A DNA stretch of 64,000 nucleotides from an uncultured Gemmatimonadales bacterium (GTDB lineage: Bacteria > Gemmatimonadota > Gemmatimonadetes > Longimicrobiales > Gaopeijiaceae), in assembly GCA_963823035.1 (NCBI GenBank), contig CAWGKG010000010.1, positions 64,001 through 128,000 of the forward strand, read 5' to 3'. Position numbers and translations under genes: made by a program. The notes beneath the pieces are model-generated. The model did no database searches. It saw nothing but the letters and a program-made list of their open reading frames with translations, and had not been told where the DNA came from. Positions 40,755 to 53,430 of this stretch are shown here, piece after piece; position 1 is the stretch's first letter; each line of letters begins with the position of its first letter.

Positions 40755-42586
<1,832 letters not shown>

Positions 42587-42590
<4 letters not shown>

Positions 42591-43507
42591 GCGGCCGGGG
42601 GCTTCAGCACGGTTTCGAGTACGCGCTCTTCCGCCTCCTCTCCGCGGTGCTGCTCGCCGTGCCGGAGGGAGTCGCGCTCCGGGCCGGCGCGGCGCTGGGC
42701 CGGGTGGCCGGGAGCTTGCTGCGCATCCGCCGCGACGTGGTGGACGCGAACCTGCACCTGGCCTTCCCGGACCGGACCCCCGCTTGGCGCCGCCGGGTCG
42801 CCCGGGCCAGCTACGCGCACCTCGGCCGCGAGGCGGCGGCCATGTTCCGCATGTCCGGCATGGACCCCGAGAGCATCGTCGCCCGCACCGACGTGGAGGG
42901 GATCGACGAGCTCCGCGCGGCGCTGGCCGAGGGGAAGGGTGCCGTGCTCCTGACCGGGCACCTCGGGAGCTGGGAGATGGGGGGCGCGGCCGTCGCAGCG
43001 CACGGGATCCCCGTGGTGGGGGTCGCCAAGCCGATGGCGAATCGGCGCTTCGACGCCGACCTCACGGCCGCGCGACAACGCCTGGGGATGGAGATCGTGG
43101 ACACGGGCGCGGCGCCCAAGCGGGCGCTGCGCGCGCTCGGGGAAGGGAAGGTGGTGGGGCTCGTGGCCGACCAGAACGCGGGAGGGAACGGGCTCTTCGT
43201 TCCCTTCTTCCGGCGTTTGGCGTCCACGCACCGAGGCCCCGCGCTCTTCGCCGTTCGCGCCGGCGCCCCGCTGTTCGTGGGCTCGTGCATCCGCCTTCCG
43301 GGGGCCCGGCAGCGCTACCGGATCCGGATGGAGCGCGTGCCCTCGCCCGGGACGGGCGACCCGGAGCGGGACGTGCTCCTCCTGACCGAGGCGCACACCG
43401 CCGTCCTCGAGCGCGCCGTGCGCGAGGCGCCCGAGCAGTATTTCTGGCAGCACAAGCGCTGGAAGACCCGCCCCGAGCCGGAACCGGGCCCGGAGGCACC
43501 TGTATAA
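42587..43507 (+). CDS. lpxL: Lipid A late acyltransferase (LpxL/HtrB family)
   Basis: ANLHLAFP, GHLGSWE, ADQN, VPFF, PEQYFWQHKRWKT; GTGA overlap with msbA. Confidence 0.85.
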
Positions 43508-43576
43508 CGTTGCGGTCGGTGACGCCGCCGAGACGGCACCGGCCTTCCTTTATCGACTCATTGGAACGGTGAATCC

Positions 43577-44339
43577 TTGATCTACGTCTGCATTCCCGCC
43601 TACAACGAAGCGGCCACCGTGGGCGTTCTCCTGTGGAAGTTGCGCAGGGTCCTGGGCGAGTTCGGGAGGGACTACAAGCTCGTGGTGCTCGACGACGCCT
43701 CGACGGACGACACCGCCGACGTGCTCGCGCGCTATCGGCGGAGCCTCCCCCTGACCGTGATCCGTTCCGAGGAGCACGTCGGCTACGCGCGCTCCGTGGA
43801 GCGGCTCCTGCGGGAGGTCGTCGAGGTGGCGCCCTACCCCAAGCGCGACTGCGCCGTGGTCCTCCAGGGCGACTTCACCGAGCGTCCCGAGGACGTGGTG
43901 GGGCTGGTCAAGGTGATCGAGGGAGGGGCGGACATCGTCGCGGGGGCGTTCGCGGCGACGGTGGAACGGCCGGTGCCCAGCCCGATTCGCCTCGCCCGGC
44001 GCTTCGCGCGCATGGCGCTGGGGCGGACGTGGCGCGACGCGCCGGTGTCCGATCCCGTGAGCGGCCTGCGCGCCTACCGCGTCATCGTCCTCAAGAAGGC
44101 GTTCCGCGACGTGCCCGCCGATCAGTCGGTGACCCGCACGGAGGGTTGGGCGGCCAACGTCGAGCTGCTCCGCTACCTGGCGCCGCACGCCCGCCGGATC
44201 TCGGAGTCACCGCTCGAGCTGCGCTACGACCTGCAGGTGCGGGCGTCGCGCTTCCAGCCATGGCGCACGCTCCTCTCGCTGGCGCGCCTGCGCGGCGGCG
44301 GACGCTGGCCACGGCGAAGCCGACGCCGAAGCCGCATGA
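43577..44339 (+). CDS. Glycosyltransferase family 2 (DPM1-like)
   Basis: IPAYNEA, VLDDASTD, DPVSGLRAYR; likely true end GEADAEAA-TGA overlapping ATG 44336 after a frameshift near 44310. Confidence 0.75.
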
Positions 44340-45205
44340 AGCGCGTAGCCGCCGCCTTCGTCCTCCTCGCCCTCGGGGCGATACCGGATCGCGCCCGCGC
44401 GCAGGACCCGATCGACTCCCTTGTCGCGGCCTTCCCGGTCGAGCCGGGCGCCGCTGCGGTGCCGTTCGGTCCGGGAGAGCGGCTCGTCTACCACGTGAAG
44501 GTCGGCATCTTCGGCGCCGGCGAGGGCTCGCTGGAGGTGGAGGGCATCGACACCGTGCGCGGGCATCGCACCTACAAAGTGCGCATGCAGATCGACGGCG
44601 GGCTGATGGGGCTGAGCGTCCACGACAAGTACCAGTCGTGGTTCGACGTGCGGACGCTGGTGAGCTGGCGCTTCATCCAGGACATCAACGATCCCGGCTA
44701 CAGCAGCTTCCGCCACTACGAGATGTTTCCCGAGCGCCGCACGTGGGAGCGGCAGGACAACGACGAGTTCGGGCCGCTCGGCTCGCCGCTGCCGCTCGAC
44801 GACATCTCGTTCATCTACTACATCCGCACGCTCCCGCTCGAGGTCGGCAAGACCTACACGCTGCCGCGCTACTTCAAGCAGGACGGCAACCCCGTGGTCG
44901 TGAAGGTCCTGCGCAAGGACCACCGCGAGACCGACGCCGGGGAGTTCAACACGATCGTCGTGAAGCCCATCATCAAGACCACGGGCCTCTTCGGGCAGGG
45001 CGGAGACGCCGAGATCCACTTCAGCGACGACGACCGGCGCATCATGGTCTACATGAAGTCGAACATCCCCAAGTTCCCCGGCTCCCTCACGCTCCATCTC
45101 GAGGAGGTCCGCGAGGGCCTGCCGCTCAATCCGGAGGCCCGGGCGCAGACGCTGGAGCGGTGGAAGGCACGGGAGGACGGCTCACAGGACGACGCCGGCT
45201 CGTGA
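44336..45205 (+). CDS. DUF3108-like secreted protein
   Basis: Signal peptide MKRVAAAFVLLALGA, PFGPGERLVY, DDISFIYYIR, AGEFNTIVVKP. Confidence 0.72.
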   Translation: MKRVAAAFVLLALGAIPDRARAQDPIDSLVAAFPVEPGAAAVPFGPGERLVYHVKVGIFGAGEGSLEVEGIDTVRGHRTYKVRMQIDGGLMGLSVHDKYQSWFDVRTLVSWRFIQDINDPGYSSFRHYEMFPERRTWERQDNDEFGPLGSPLPLDDISFIYYIRTLPLEVGKTYTLPRYFKQDGNPVVVKVLRKDHRETDAGEFNTIVVKPIIKTTGLFGQGGDAEIHFSDDDRRIMVYMKSNIPKFPGSLTLHLEEVREGLPLNPEARAQTLERWKAREDGSQDDAGS

Positions 45206-45207
45206 AC

Positions 45208-45741
45208 ATGCGCCGCCTCCGCCTGCGGGCGGTGTGGCTCCTCGTCGTCCCCTTCCTCTGGTTCGCGCGGCCCACCGCGAAGCTGCTCGTCGTCGGCGCG
45301 GGGCTCGGGCTGCTCGGGCTGCTCGTCCGCGGCTGGGCGGCCGGGACGATCCACAAGGAGAAGGAGCTCACCACCACCGGGCCGTACGCCTTCACGCGCA
45401 ACCCGCTCTACGTGGGGTCGTTCATCCTGGGCCTGGGGATCACGATCGCCGGCGGCCAGTGGATCTGGCCGGCGCTCTTCCTGGTCTTCTACGCGGGCGT
45501 GTACGGCCGCACCATGGGCGGCGAGGCGGTGCTTCTGACCGAGCTGTTCGGGGACCGCTTTCGTCACTACGCGGCGAACGTGCCCGCCTTCGCGCCGCGC
45601 CTCACGCCCTACCGTGCGCCGGGGGTGGAGGGCGGCGGCTTCACACTCGCGCAGTATAAGCGCAACCGGGAGTGGGAGGCGGGACTGGGCGCGTTGGCGG
45701 GCTTCGCGTTCCTCGCCGCCAAGTGGTGGCTCGGAGGGTAG
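45208..45741 (+). CDS. ICMT/PEMT-family membrane methyltransferase
   Basis: LTTTGPYAFTRNPLYVGS, E..L...FG..F.HY...VP. Confidence 0.85.
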   Translation: MRRLRLRAVWLLVVPFLWFARPTAKLLVVGAGLGLLGLLVRGWAAGTIHKEKELTTTGPYAFTRNPLYVGSFILGLGITIAGGQWIWPALFLVFYAGVYGRTMGGEAVLLTELFGDRFRHYAANVPAFAPRLTPYRAPGVEGGGFTLAQYKRNREWEAGLGALAGFAFLAAKWWLGG

Positions 45742-45762
45742 AGCTCCGGGGCGAAGCGTCCC

Positions 45763-47428
45763 TCAGTAGGCGTCTCGGTGCACGCCCTTCACGGCCCTTC
45801 CCGACGGCTCGTTCACGTTCTGGAAGGACGCGTCCCACGCCAGCGCCTCCGGGGTGCTGCACGCCACCGACTTGCCGCCGGGAACGGTGGCCGCGGCGGC
45901 GGGGAGCGGGAAGTGCTCCTCGAAGATCGAGCGGTACAGGTAGCCTTCCTTCGTGTCCGGCGTGTTGTGCGGGAAGCGGTAGCGCGCGTTCTCCATGTCC
46001 TGGTCGGAGACGCGTGACGTAGCGTGGTCCTTGAGGGCGTCGATCCACCCGTAGCCCACGCCGTCCGAGAACTGCTCCTTCTGCCGCTTCAGTACGACGT
46101 CGGGCAGATGGTCGGCGAAGGCCTCGCGCAGGATCATCTTCTCCATCCCGCCGGGCCGCACGAGCTTCCGCGCAGGGTCGAGGTTCATCGCCACCTCGAG
46201 GAACTCGAGGTCGAGGAAGGGGACGCGCGCTTCCACGCCCCACGCCGCCATCGACTTGTTCGCGCGCAGGCAGTCGAAGCCGTGCAGGCGCTCGAGCTTG
46301 CGCACGGTCTCCTCGTGCAGCTCGCGCGCGTTCGGCGCCTTGTGGAAGTAGAGGTAGCCCGCGAAGACCTCGTCGGCGCCCTCACCGGACAGCACCATCT
46401 TGATGCCCATCGCGCGGATGCGCCGCGCCATGAGGTACATCGGGGTCGACGCCCGCACCGTGGTGACGTCGTACGTCTCCAGGTGGTAGATCACGTCGCG
46501 CAGGGCGTCCAGCCCCTCCTGCACGGTGAAGTTGAACTCGTGGTGCACCGTGCCGATGTGCTCCGCGACCTTCGCGGCCGCCGCAAGGTCGGGCGAGCCG
46601 TCCAGCCCGATCGCGAAGGAGTGCAGCGTGGGGAACCATGCGTCCGAGCGGTCGTCGTCCTCGATGCGATGCGCGGCATAGCGCTTGGCCACCGCCGACA
46701 CGATCGACGAGTCCAGCCCGCCCGACAGCAGCACGCCGTACGGGACGTCGCTCATGAGCTGGCGATGGACGGCCGCCTGCAACGCGTCACGGATCGTCCC
46801 CGTGTCGATCCCCTCGGAGCGCAGCGCGTCGTACGAGGTCCAACTCGGCGTCGTAGTACCGCACCGGTTCCGGACCTGCCGCGCTGTCGAGCACGTGTCC
46901 CGGAGGGAACTCCTCGACCGTGGTGCACACCGGGGTGAGCGCCTTCATCTCGGAGGCGACGAAGAGGTTGCCGTGCCGGTCGCGGCCCGTGTAGAGCGGG
47001 ATGACGCCGATCGGGTCGCGCGCCACCAGGTAGCGGTCGTGCTCGGGGTCGTAGAGCACGAACGCGAAGATGCCGTTCAGGTCGTTCAGGAAGTCGGCGC
47101 CCTTCTCCACATAGAGCGGGAGGATGACCTCGCAGTCCGAGTCCGTCGCGAACGGGTGATCGGGGTAGCGCTCGCGCAGCTCGCGATGGTTGTAGATCTC
47201 ACCGTTCACCGCCAGCACGGGCCCCTTCTCCAGGTCGCCCAGCGGCTGGGCGCCGTGCAGGACGTCCACGATCGAAAGCCGCTCGTGCGCGAGGATCGCG
47301 CGATCCGAGGCGTACACACCCGACCAGTCAGGCCCCCGGTGGCGCTGGCGGCGTGAAAGCTCCAGGGCCTGATCTCTCAGGCCCTGGGCGTCGGATCGGA
47401 TCTCGAGGATCCCCAGAACGGAGCACAT
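45763..47428 (-). CDS. asnB: Asparagine synthase B (glutamine-hydrolysing), frameshift near 46845
   Basis: N-terminal MC, HRGPD, NGEIYNH, LLSGGLDSS, SGEGADE, RQKEQFSDG. Confidence 0.92.
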
Positions 47429-47454
47429 CGGCTTCCCCTACTTCGGAGTGCCGC

Positions 47455-50047
47455 CTACATGGGGGTGCTGCCCACCAGCGTGTTGAAGAGCAGCTTGAAG
47501 GTCCCGTGCGTCTGCGCCCGGTGCTGGGCGCGGAACCCGATGAGAACCACTTTGCCCTCGCCGAGTTCCACCGAGACCACCGCCGCCTTGTCCGCGATGC
47601 GGTCCTCGCCGAGCAGCCACCCGCTCTGCAGGAGGTCGCGGTGCACGTACGTGACGGGCCGCGCGGCGCGCTCGTTCTCGGCCGTCGGCACGAGCTGGTA
47701 GGCCTGACTGCCGGCCAGGAAGGTCGCGAGCGCGTCCTCCGGCATCCCGAAAGCGAGCGGGTCGTCGGTGTCGACCCGGACGTGGAGCGTCGAGCCCGGC
47801 GACCAGAACTCCGTGGACGACAGGCCGTCGAGGACGTTGCGCACCGGGAGGTCGAAGCGCTCGATCGCGAGGTCGCCGGCCTCGGCGAACGTCACGAGCG
47901 TGCCACCCGCCCGCACGAACGCCTCGAGCGCCGCCACGCCCTCGTCGCCGAAGCCGCTCCGGTACTCGGGTGGGTACTGCTGCTGCTCGCCGGGGCCGTC
48001 CCTGCGTTGGCCGACGAGCGTGGCCACGTCGTCCTCGGGCAGGAGGATCACGTCGTACTTCCGGTTCAGGTTGCCGGCCTTCAGCTCCGGGTCGAAGAGC
48101 GAGGTGTAGGGGAAGCCGAAGTCCTCGAGCAGCCAGCGGGTCCACCCCTCGTCGATGTTGCCGCCGTAGTAGCGCTGGTACATCGCGATCCGCCTGCGGG
48201 GAGCCTCCGGAGCGGCCTCGCCGCCGTCCACGTCCATCGCCTGGAAGTCCACGCCCGTGAGGTCGGCCACGCCGTTCACCAGCGCCTCCGGCGCACTCTC
48301 GATCCAGAAGTCGCCGGGGCGGTGCGGTCCGTGCTGCCGGACGAAGCGGCGCACGGTGACGCCCTCGTCCCAGAGCATGTTCATCGCCTTGAAGGCGTCG
48401 TTCAGCCGCCCGTCGACCAGGTAGCCCCGGCTTCCTCTCGCGACGGTGCCGCGCGGCGCCACGGTGTCCGCCACCTCGGCGAGCGCCACGGTGGGGAGGG
48501 TCTCCACGGGGTCGACCCGCACCCCCATGAACTCCGCCATGTCGTCGGTGGACATGTCGTACGGGCGGATCGGCGACCCGTCGTCGTTGCGCGTCCAGCT
48601 GTTGTCCGGGTAGAACGTCTGCCCCAGCAGCCAGCGGATCACGCCGCGCTTCGGCTGCGCCATGGTGACCACGTAGGTGCCCGGCGTCGTACGCGCGCCC
48701 TTCGTGTTGGAAGGCCTGCGAGGCGCGCTTCACCTCGACGCCCTGGCCCAGCAGCTTGTTCACCATCTTCGCCATCGTCAGCGGGTCGTGCTGATCCGCG
48801 GGGATGACGAAAGCCGACGGGCTTCCCGCGGCACCGCGCTCCGTCTGTCTCGAAGCCTTCAGGTACGCGTTGCGCAGCACCGTCTCCCGGTTCTTCGCGG
48901 CGATGTCCAGCGTCGAGAACGTCGCCACCTTCTGGCGCTCGACGATGTCCCGCACGTGCCACCACCCTCCGGGCCACGGGTCGGGGAAGTTCGTCTGCTC
49001 CTCGTATTCCGGGAGGTTGCGCGTGTTGCCCTGGAGCTGGTCGGGATGGAGGAAGAGCGGCGTCGCCAGGCGGGCGCTCGCCGACTCGGTGAGCATCCCG
49101 GCGATGTTGTGGAAGGGCGTGATCCAGTGGAAGCCGAAGTGGCCCCACCCGGAGTAGACGGCGTCGTTGATGATGCCCGACAGCCCGTTCTCCTCCTCCT
49201 TGTAGGCGATCTGCGCGCCGTACCAGCTCATCTCCCGCCACACCAGCGGGTCGGCGGCCGGCCGCACCGGGTCGGCGTAGGGCGGCACGTACATGCGCGC
49301 TCCGTACGGGCCCATCTGGTGATGGTCGATGTAGGCCTGCGGGGTCCAGTCGCGAAAGAGGATCTGCGCCCCGTAGCGCGACTCGACCGTGTTCTGCATG
49401 AACGCGTCGCGGTTGTTGTCGTGCCCGATGTAGTGGTGGTACAGCGTCGGCGGGCCCAACCCCTCGTACTCGGTGCCGACCGTCTTGTCGTACCAATCCG
49501 TGACGATGATCTCGCCGTCGGGGTTGAAGCAGGGGATCATGATCGCGACGGTGTTGTCGAGGATGCGGCGCATCTCCGCGTCGTCGCGCGTGGCCATCTC
49601 GTAGACGATCTCCGCTGCCGACTGGCTCGCCGCCACCTCGGTGGAGTGCAGCCCGTAGGATTGGACGACGACCGCCCTGCCGTTCGCGATCGCCGCGTCG
49701 ATCTGCTCCTGCGAGGCGCCGCGGGGGTCGCTGAGGACGGCGTTCATGCGTTGAAGCTCGTCGAGCTTCGCAAGGTTGTCCGGCGAGGACACCCAGATGG
49801 CAAGGAAGGGGTTGCCCAGCGTCGACGGTCCCATGTTCACGACGCGGACGCGGGGGCTCTCCCGATCGAGGAGCTGATAGTACTCCACCAGCTTGTCCCA
49901 CCGGGCGAGGTGCCGGTCGGCCCCCATCTGGAAGCCGAAGAAGGCCTCGGGCGTCGGGATCTGCTGGGCGAGGGCCGAGCCGGGGCCGGCGACGAGCGCG
50001 GCCAGGATCGGCAGAAGGAAAGAAGGTGCGCGGTGGCGGGGTCGCAT
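47455..50047 (-). CDS. M14 zinc carboxypeptidase with C-terminal GATase-like domain (frameshift near 48680)
   Basis: Signal peptide, LHSTE, NPDG, DNNRD, HHQMG; C-terminal DEGWTRW. Confidence 0.85.
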
Positions 50048-50144
50048 CGAGCGTCTCCAGGCTGCGGCAGGGCAGGTTCCGGGTTCGATGCGCCGTAACC
50101 TGGCGCGGTAGCCGAGTCGGCGCCACCGCGTGCCCGGCGGGTCG

Positions 50145-50687
50145 CTAGCCCCGCACCACCGTCCGGATCCGCGCGAGCTGCCGTCGGTGCGCGAGGTCGT
50201 GCCCCGCGTAGAGGCGCATCATGTGCGCGACGCTCTCCTCCCCGCGCTCCGCGTGCACGCCGAAGCGCGCCAGGTCCGCTTCGCCGGCGGCCTCCAGCAT
50301 GGCCAGGTGCACGGCGCGCAGCGACTCGAACATGGCCCGGGCGCGCCCGGCGTGCGCGCTGGCGTAGCCGAGGCGGGAGGCCCACAGGTCCTGGTCGAAT
50401 CCCACCAGGGCGGGGCGGTCCTCCGCGAGCACCTTCCGCAGGCGGTAGCCCCACACGAGCTCGGAGTCCGCCAGGTGCTGGAGGACCTGGGCGGCCGACC
50501 ACTTCCCCTCCTTCTCGGGGCGGGCGAGCTCCTGCTCCGCGAGGTCTCCCGTCAGCCTGCGCAGCTCGGCGGGCGTGGCCGCGAGGACGGCGAGGGGGTC
50601 CTGGTCGCCGAGCAGGTCGAGGACCGCGGCGATGTAGGCGTCGGCGTCCGCCTTGGCGCCGGAAGCGGGGTTGCTGAGGACGGACAT
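50145..50687 (-). CDS. DinB family protein
   Basis: GKWSAAQVLQHLADSE and AGHDLAH. Confidence 0.88.
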   Translation of the reverse strand: MSVLSNPASGAKADADAYIAAVLDLLGDQDPLAVLAATPAELRRLTGDLAEQELARPEKEGKWSAAQVLQHLADSELVWGYRLRKVLAEDRPALVGFDQDLWASRLGYASAHAGRARAMFESLRAVHLAMLEAAGEADLARFGVHAERGEESVAHMMRLYAGHDLAHRRQLARIRTVVRG

Positions 50688-50688
50688 G

Positions 50689-51552
50689 TCAGTCGCTCCC
50701 CAGGAGGCGTTTCGCGGCCGCGGCGGCGTCCCCGATGAAGGTGGACACGCGGCCCCGGCGCTCCGCGTCCGGCACCCGGACGATGTCGGCGCCGTGCAGC
50801 ACCGCTCCGGTCCATCCCTCCGTGTGCCAGGTGGCCGGGGGGTCGAGCGCGGGGAGGTCCCCCTCGGGTGGATACGGCCATGGCGTCACGTACCAGTACC
50901 ATCCCTCGATCCCCCCGCCCATCGGCGCCATGCCTACGCTCACCGTACGGGCCGGATCGTCACGCGCCCCCGGGCCGAGCCGCACCAGCGTCGCGATGTC
51001 GAAGTGGTGCGGCCAGCAGCGCACGGTGGAAGCCCCCGGCGTCGCCGCCGCGACCTCGTCCAGCAGCTCTGCGGCCGCCCCATACAGCGCGGCCAGGGCG
51101 GCCCGTTGCGTGGGGGCGCCCTCCGAGAAGCGGGCGCCCCTGCCCACGGGGTGCGCCGGGATGTCGAAGTCCGGCCGTTCGATCACGGGGCCGGTCCCGC
51201 CCATGTACTGCGAAAGGCCCGTGCGCAGCCACGTATAGGCGTCGTCGAGCGTCCCGCCGGCGAGGGCGAGCTCTCCGAGGGTGGCGTCGGTCCGGTCGAT
51301 GAGCCGGAGGGTGAGGTCCTCGACCCGCAGGGCGAGACGGAAGGGATAGCCGTCCGTGAAGCTCTCCCCGATGAACCCGCCGAGCCCCACGTGCCACCGC
51401 ATCGCCCGGTGGCTGTCGTCCTCCGTGGGGGCAACGAAGGTCTGCCCGGCGGCCGCCAGGAGCTGGGTGGCCCAGTGCAGCTCGAGGGTCGCGTCGACGA
51501 GCTCGGCGGGGTCCGCGGCCGCGAGGCCGATCCAGGGGTCGATGTCGGTCAA
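50689..51552 (-). CDS. Conserved-looking hypothetical protein (WPHHFD motif)
   Basis: Coherent protein in 3' part of ORF 50689-52374 from TTG 51552 overlapping the upstream stop: LHWATQ, DDSH, WPHHFD, YWYVTPWP. Confidence 0.65.
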   Translation of the reverse strand: MTDIDPWIGLAAADPAELVDATLELHWATQLLAAAGQTFVAPTEDDSHRAMRWHVGLGGFIGESFTDGYPFRLALRVEDLTLRLIDRTDATLGELALAGGTLDDAYTWLRTGLSQYMGGTGPVIERPDFDIPAHPVGRGARFSEGAPTQRAALAALYGAAAELLDEVAAATPGASTVRCWPHHFDIATLVRLGPGARDDPARTVSVGMAPMGGGIEGWYWYVTPWPYPPEGDLPALDPPATWHTEGWTGAVLHGADIVRVPDAERRGRVSTFIGDAAAAAKRLLGSD

Positions 51553-52628
51553 CGAACGTAGCGCTCCATCGCGAGGGATATCTTGTCCAACACGCCGTCC
51601 ACCGTGACCCGTTCCATCCCGTTCCGGTAGGCGTGCTCGATGGGGTAGTCTTCTCCCGGATGCTCGGCGTAGCCGTCGACCACCAGGTCCTGATAGAGCC
51701 GATAGGGGCCGGAGCGCTTCGGGTTCGTGTAGCCGAAGAGCCCGACCACCGGCGTCCCGAGCGCGCGGCTGATGTGCAGGGGCCCCGTGTCCGGGCTGAT
51801 CGTGAGGGCGCTCCCCTCGAGGATCCACACCAGACGACGGAGGTCGTCGCCGAGCGCGTCCACGACGCGCGCATTCGTGCGGGCCAGCACCTCGTCGGCA
51901 ATGCGACGCTCGATGGCGGACGGCCCGCCGACCAGCACGGGGCGGAGGCCGTGCGCACGCTCCACCTCCTCGAGCACGCGGGCGAAGCGCTCCGGCATCC
52001 AGTTCTTCTCCGGCTTGCTCGTGCCCACGACGACGGCGCAGACGGGCCGGTCCAGCCGCGAGAAGAACGCTTCCTGGGCGGCGCGCTCCTCGTCCGCGAG
52101 GTCGATGCCCCACGTCACCGGCTCGGGGTCGATCCCGAGCTCGTGGAGGAACTCGAAGTACTGGTCCTGCACGTGCTGCGGCTCGTGCGGGGGGATGCGG
52201 CGGTTCGTGAAGAGCCACTGCATGTCGCGGGCGCGGGCCCGGTCGAAGCCCAGCTTCACGGATGCGGGCGCAAGCGCCGTCAGGACGCCAGCCTTGAAGT
52301 AGACCTGCAGCCCGAGGAGGAGGTCGAAGCGGCGCTCGCGCACGTCGCGCGCGAACTCGGCGAAGCCGAGCCACCCCCGCAGGCCGCGGCGCCGGTGGAA
52401 GACGATGAAGTCGTCGATGGCCGGGTGGTCACGGACCAGGAGCCGGGGTACCGGCTGGATCACCCAGGTGATGCGGCTGTCCGGCCAGGTGCGCTTGAGC
52501 GCGTTGGCGACCGGCAGCACGTGCACCGCGTCTCCGATGGCCGAGAGCATCACGATGCAGATCTCCCGGGGGGGCGGGCCGGACCACCCCCCCGCCCGCT
52601 CCACCTGTGCGAGCGATGCCCTCACCAT
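51549..52628 (-). CDS. Glycosyltransferase family 9 (LPS heptosyltransferase)
   Basis: LSAIGDAVH, KNW, ISPDTGPLH. Confidence 0.9.
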   Translation of the reverse strand: MVRASLAQVERAGGWSGPPPREICIVMLSAIGDAVHVLPVANALKRTWPDSRITWVIQPVPRLLVRDHPAIDDFIVFHRRRGLRGWLGFAEFARDVRERRFDLLLGLQVYFKAGVLTALAPASVKLGFDRARARDMQWLFTNRRIPPHEPQHVQDQYFEFLHELGIDPEPVTWGIDLADEERAAQEAFFSRLDRPVCAVVVGTSKPEKNWMPERFARVLEEVERAHGLRPVLVGGPSAIERRIADEVLARTNARVVDALGDDLRRLVWILEGSALTISPDTGPLHISRALGTPVVGLFGYTNPKRSGPYRLYQDLVVDGYAEHPGEDYPIEHAYRNGMERVTVDGVLDKISLAMERYVR

Positions 52629-52655
52629 GGTCCGCCGATCACCGGACGGCCTCGC

Positions 52656-53430
52656 TCATCGCTCCTCCCCGAAGCCCCTGCGCAGCGCGGCCCACTCGCT
52701 CGGCGCCAGCCCCCGCCCGGTGCGCATCTGGAACTTGCGCAGCGAGCGCTCGAGACGCCGACGCATGGGAAAGGCGGGCGCGGGCACGCCGGCGGCGCGG
52801 GCGCGGCAGCGATCAAGGTCCACGAGGTGGGCCTGCGGCCCGTCCTCGCCGGCGTCCAGCACGATGTTCTTCGCGTTGAGGTCGGGGTGGAGAAGGCCCG
52901 CCTGCTCGAGCTTGCGCACGAGTCGACCGGTGGCCGTGAGCGCGGCCTCCCGCTCCACCTCCCGCGGTGGGGAGCCGAAGAGCACGTCCGCCAGGTCGGA
53001 GGCATCCGGAATCTCCTCGCTCACGAAGTCCGCACGGTAGAAGGCTCCGGCGGGCATACGCTGCGCCGGCGACGGCGGCGGGCGTCGGGATGCCGCGCTC
53101 GCGGGCAGCGCGTGAGGCCAGCGCCTCCATGAGGGGTCGGGGACGCCCGACCGCCAGGTAGCGGTCGACGAGGATGCGCGCCACCGCGCCTCCACGGTAG
53201 TAGTGACGCACCACCCAACGCTCCCGTCGATCGGGGCCGGGAACCGGCGCGGGCACCGAGTACACGCTCCCGCGCCCCGCCAGTTCCCGGCGGTCCGGGT
53301 GCTCGGAGGCCCAGCCGTGCAGCGTACCGCCGCTGCCGAGCACGCGCTCCATCCAGGGCAGACCCCCGGTGACCACGAAGCCCCACGCGGCGTCGGATCG
53401 CACGGCGCCATACCCGTCCGGGAGCATCAC
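52656..53430 (-). CDS. Kdo kinase (KdkA/InaA-like LPS kinase), frameshift near 53055
   Basis: VRHYYRGG...DRY, GIPTP, HPDLNAKNI, DLDR, RLERSLRK in two frames. Confidence 0.8.

Noticed and set aside
43577..45205. GT2-DUF3108 fusion shown in the ORF track
   Set aside because: An internal signal peptide starts at ATG 44336 and another frame ends GEADAEAA-TGA overlapping it, so two genes plus one indel is simpler.
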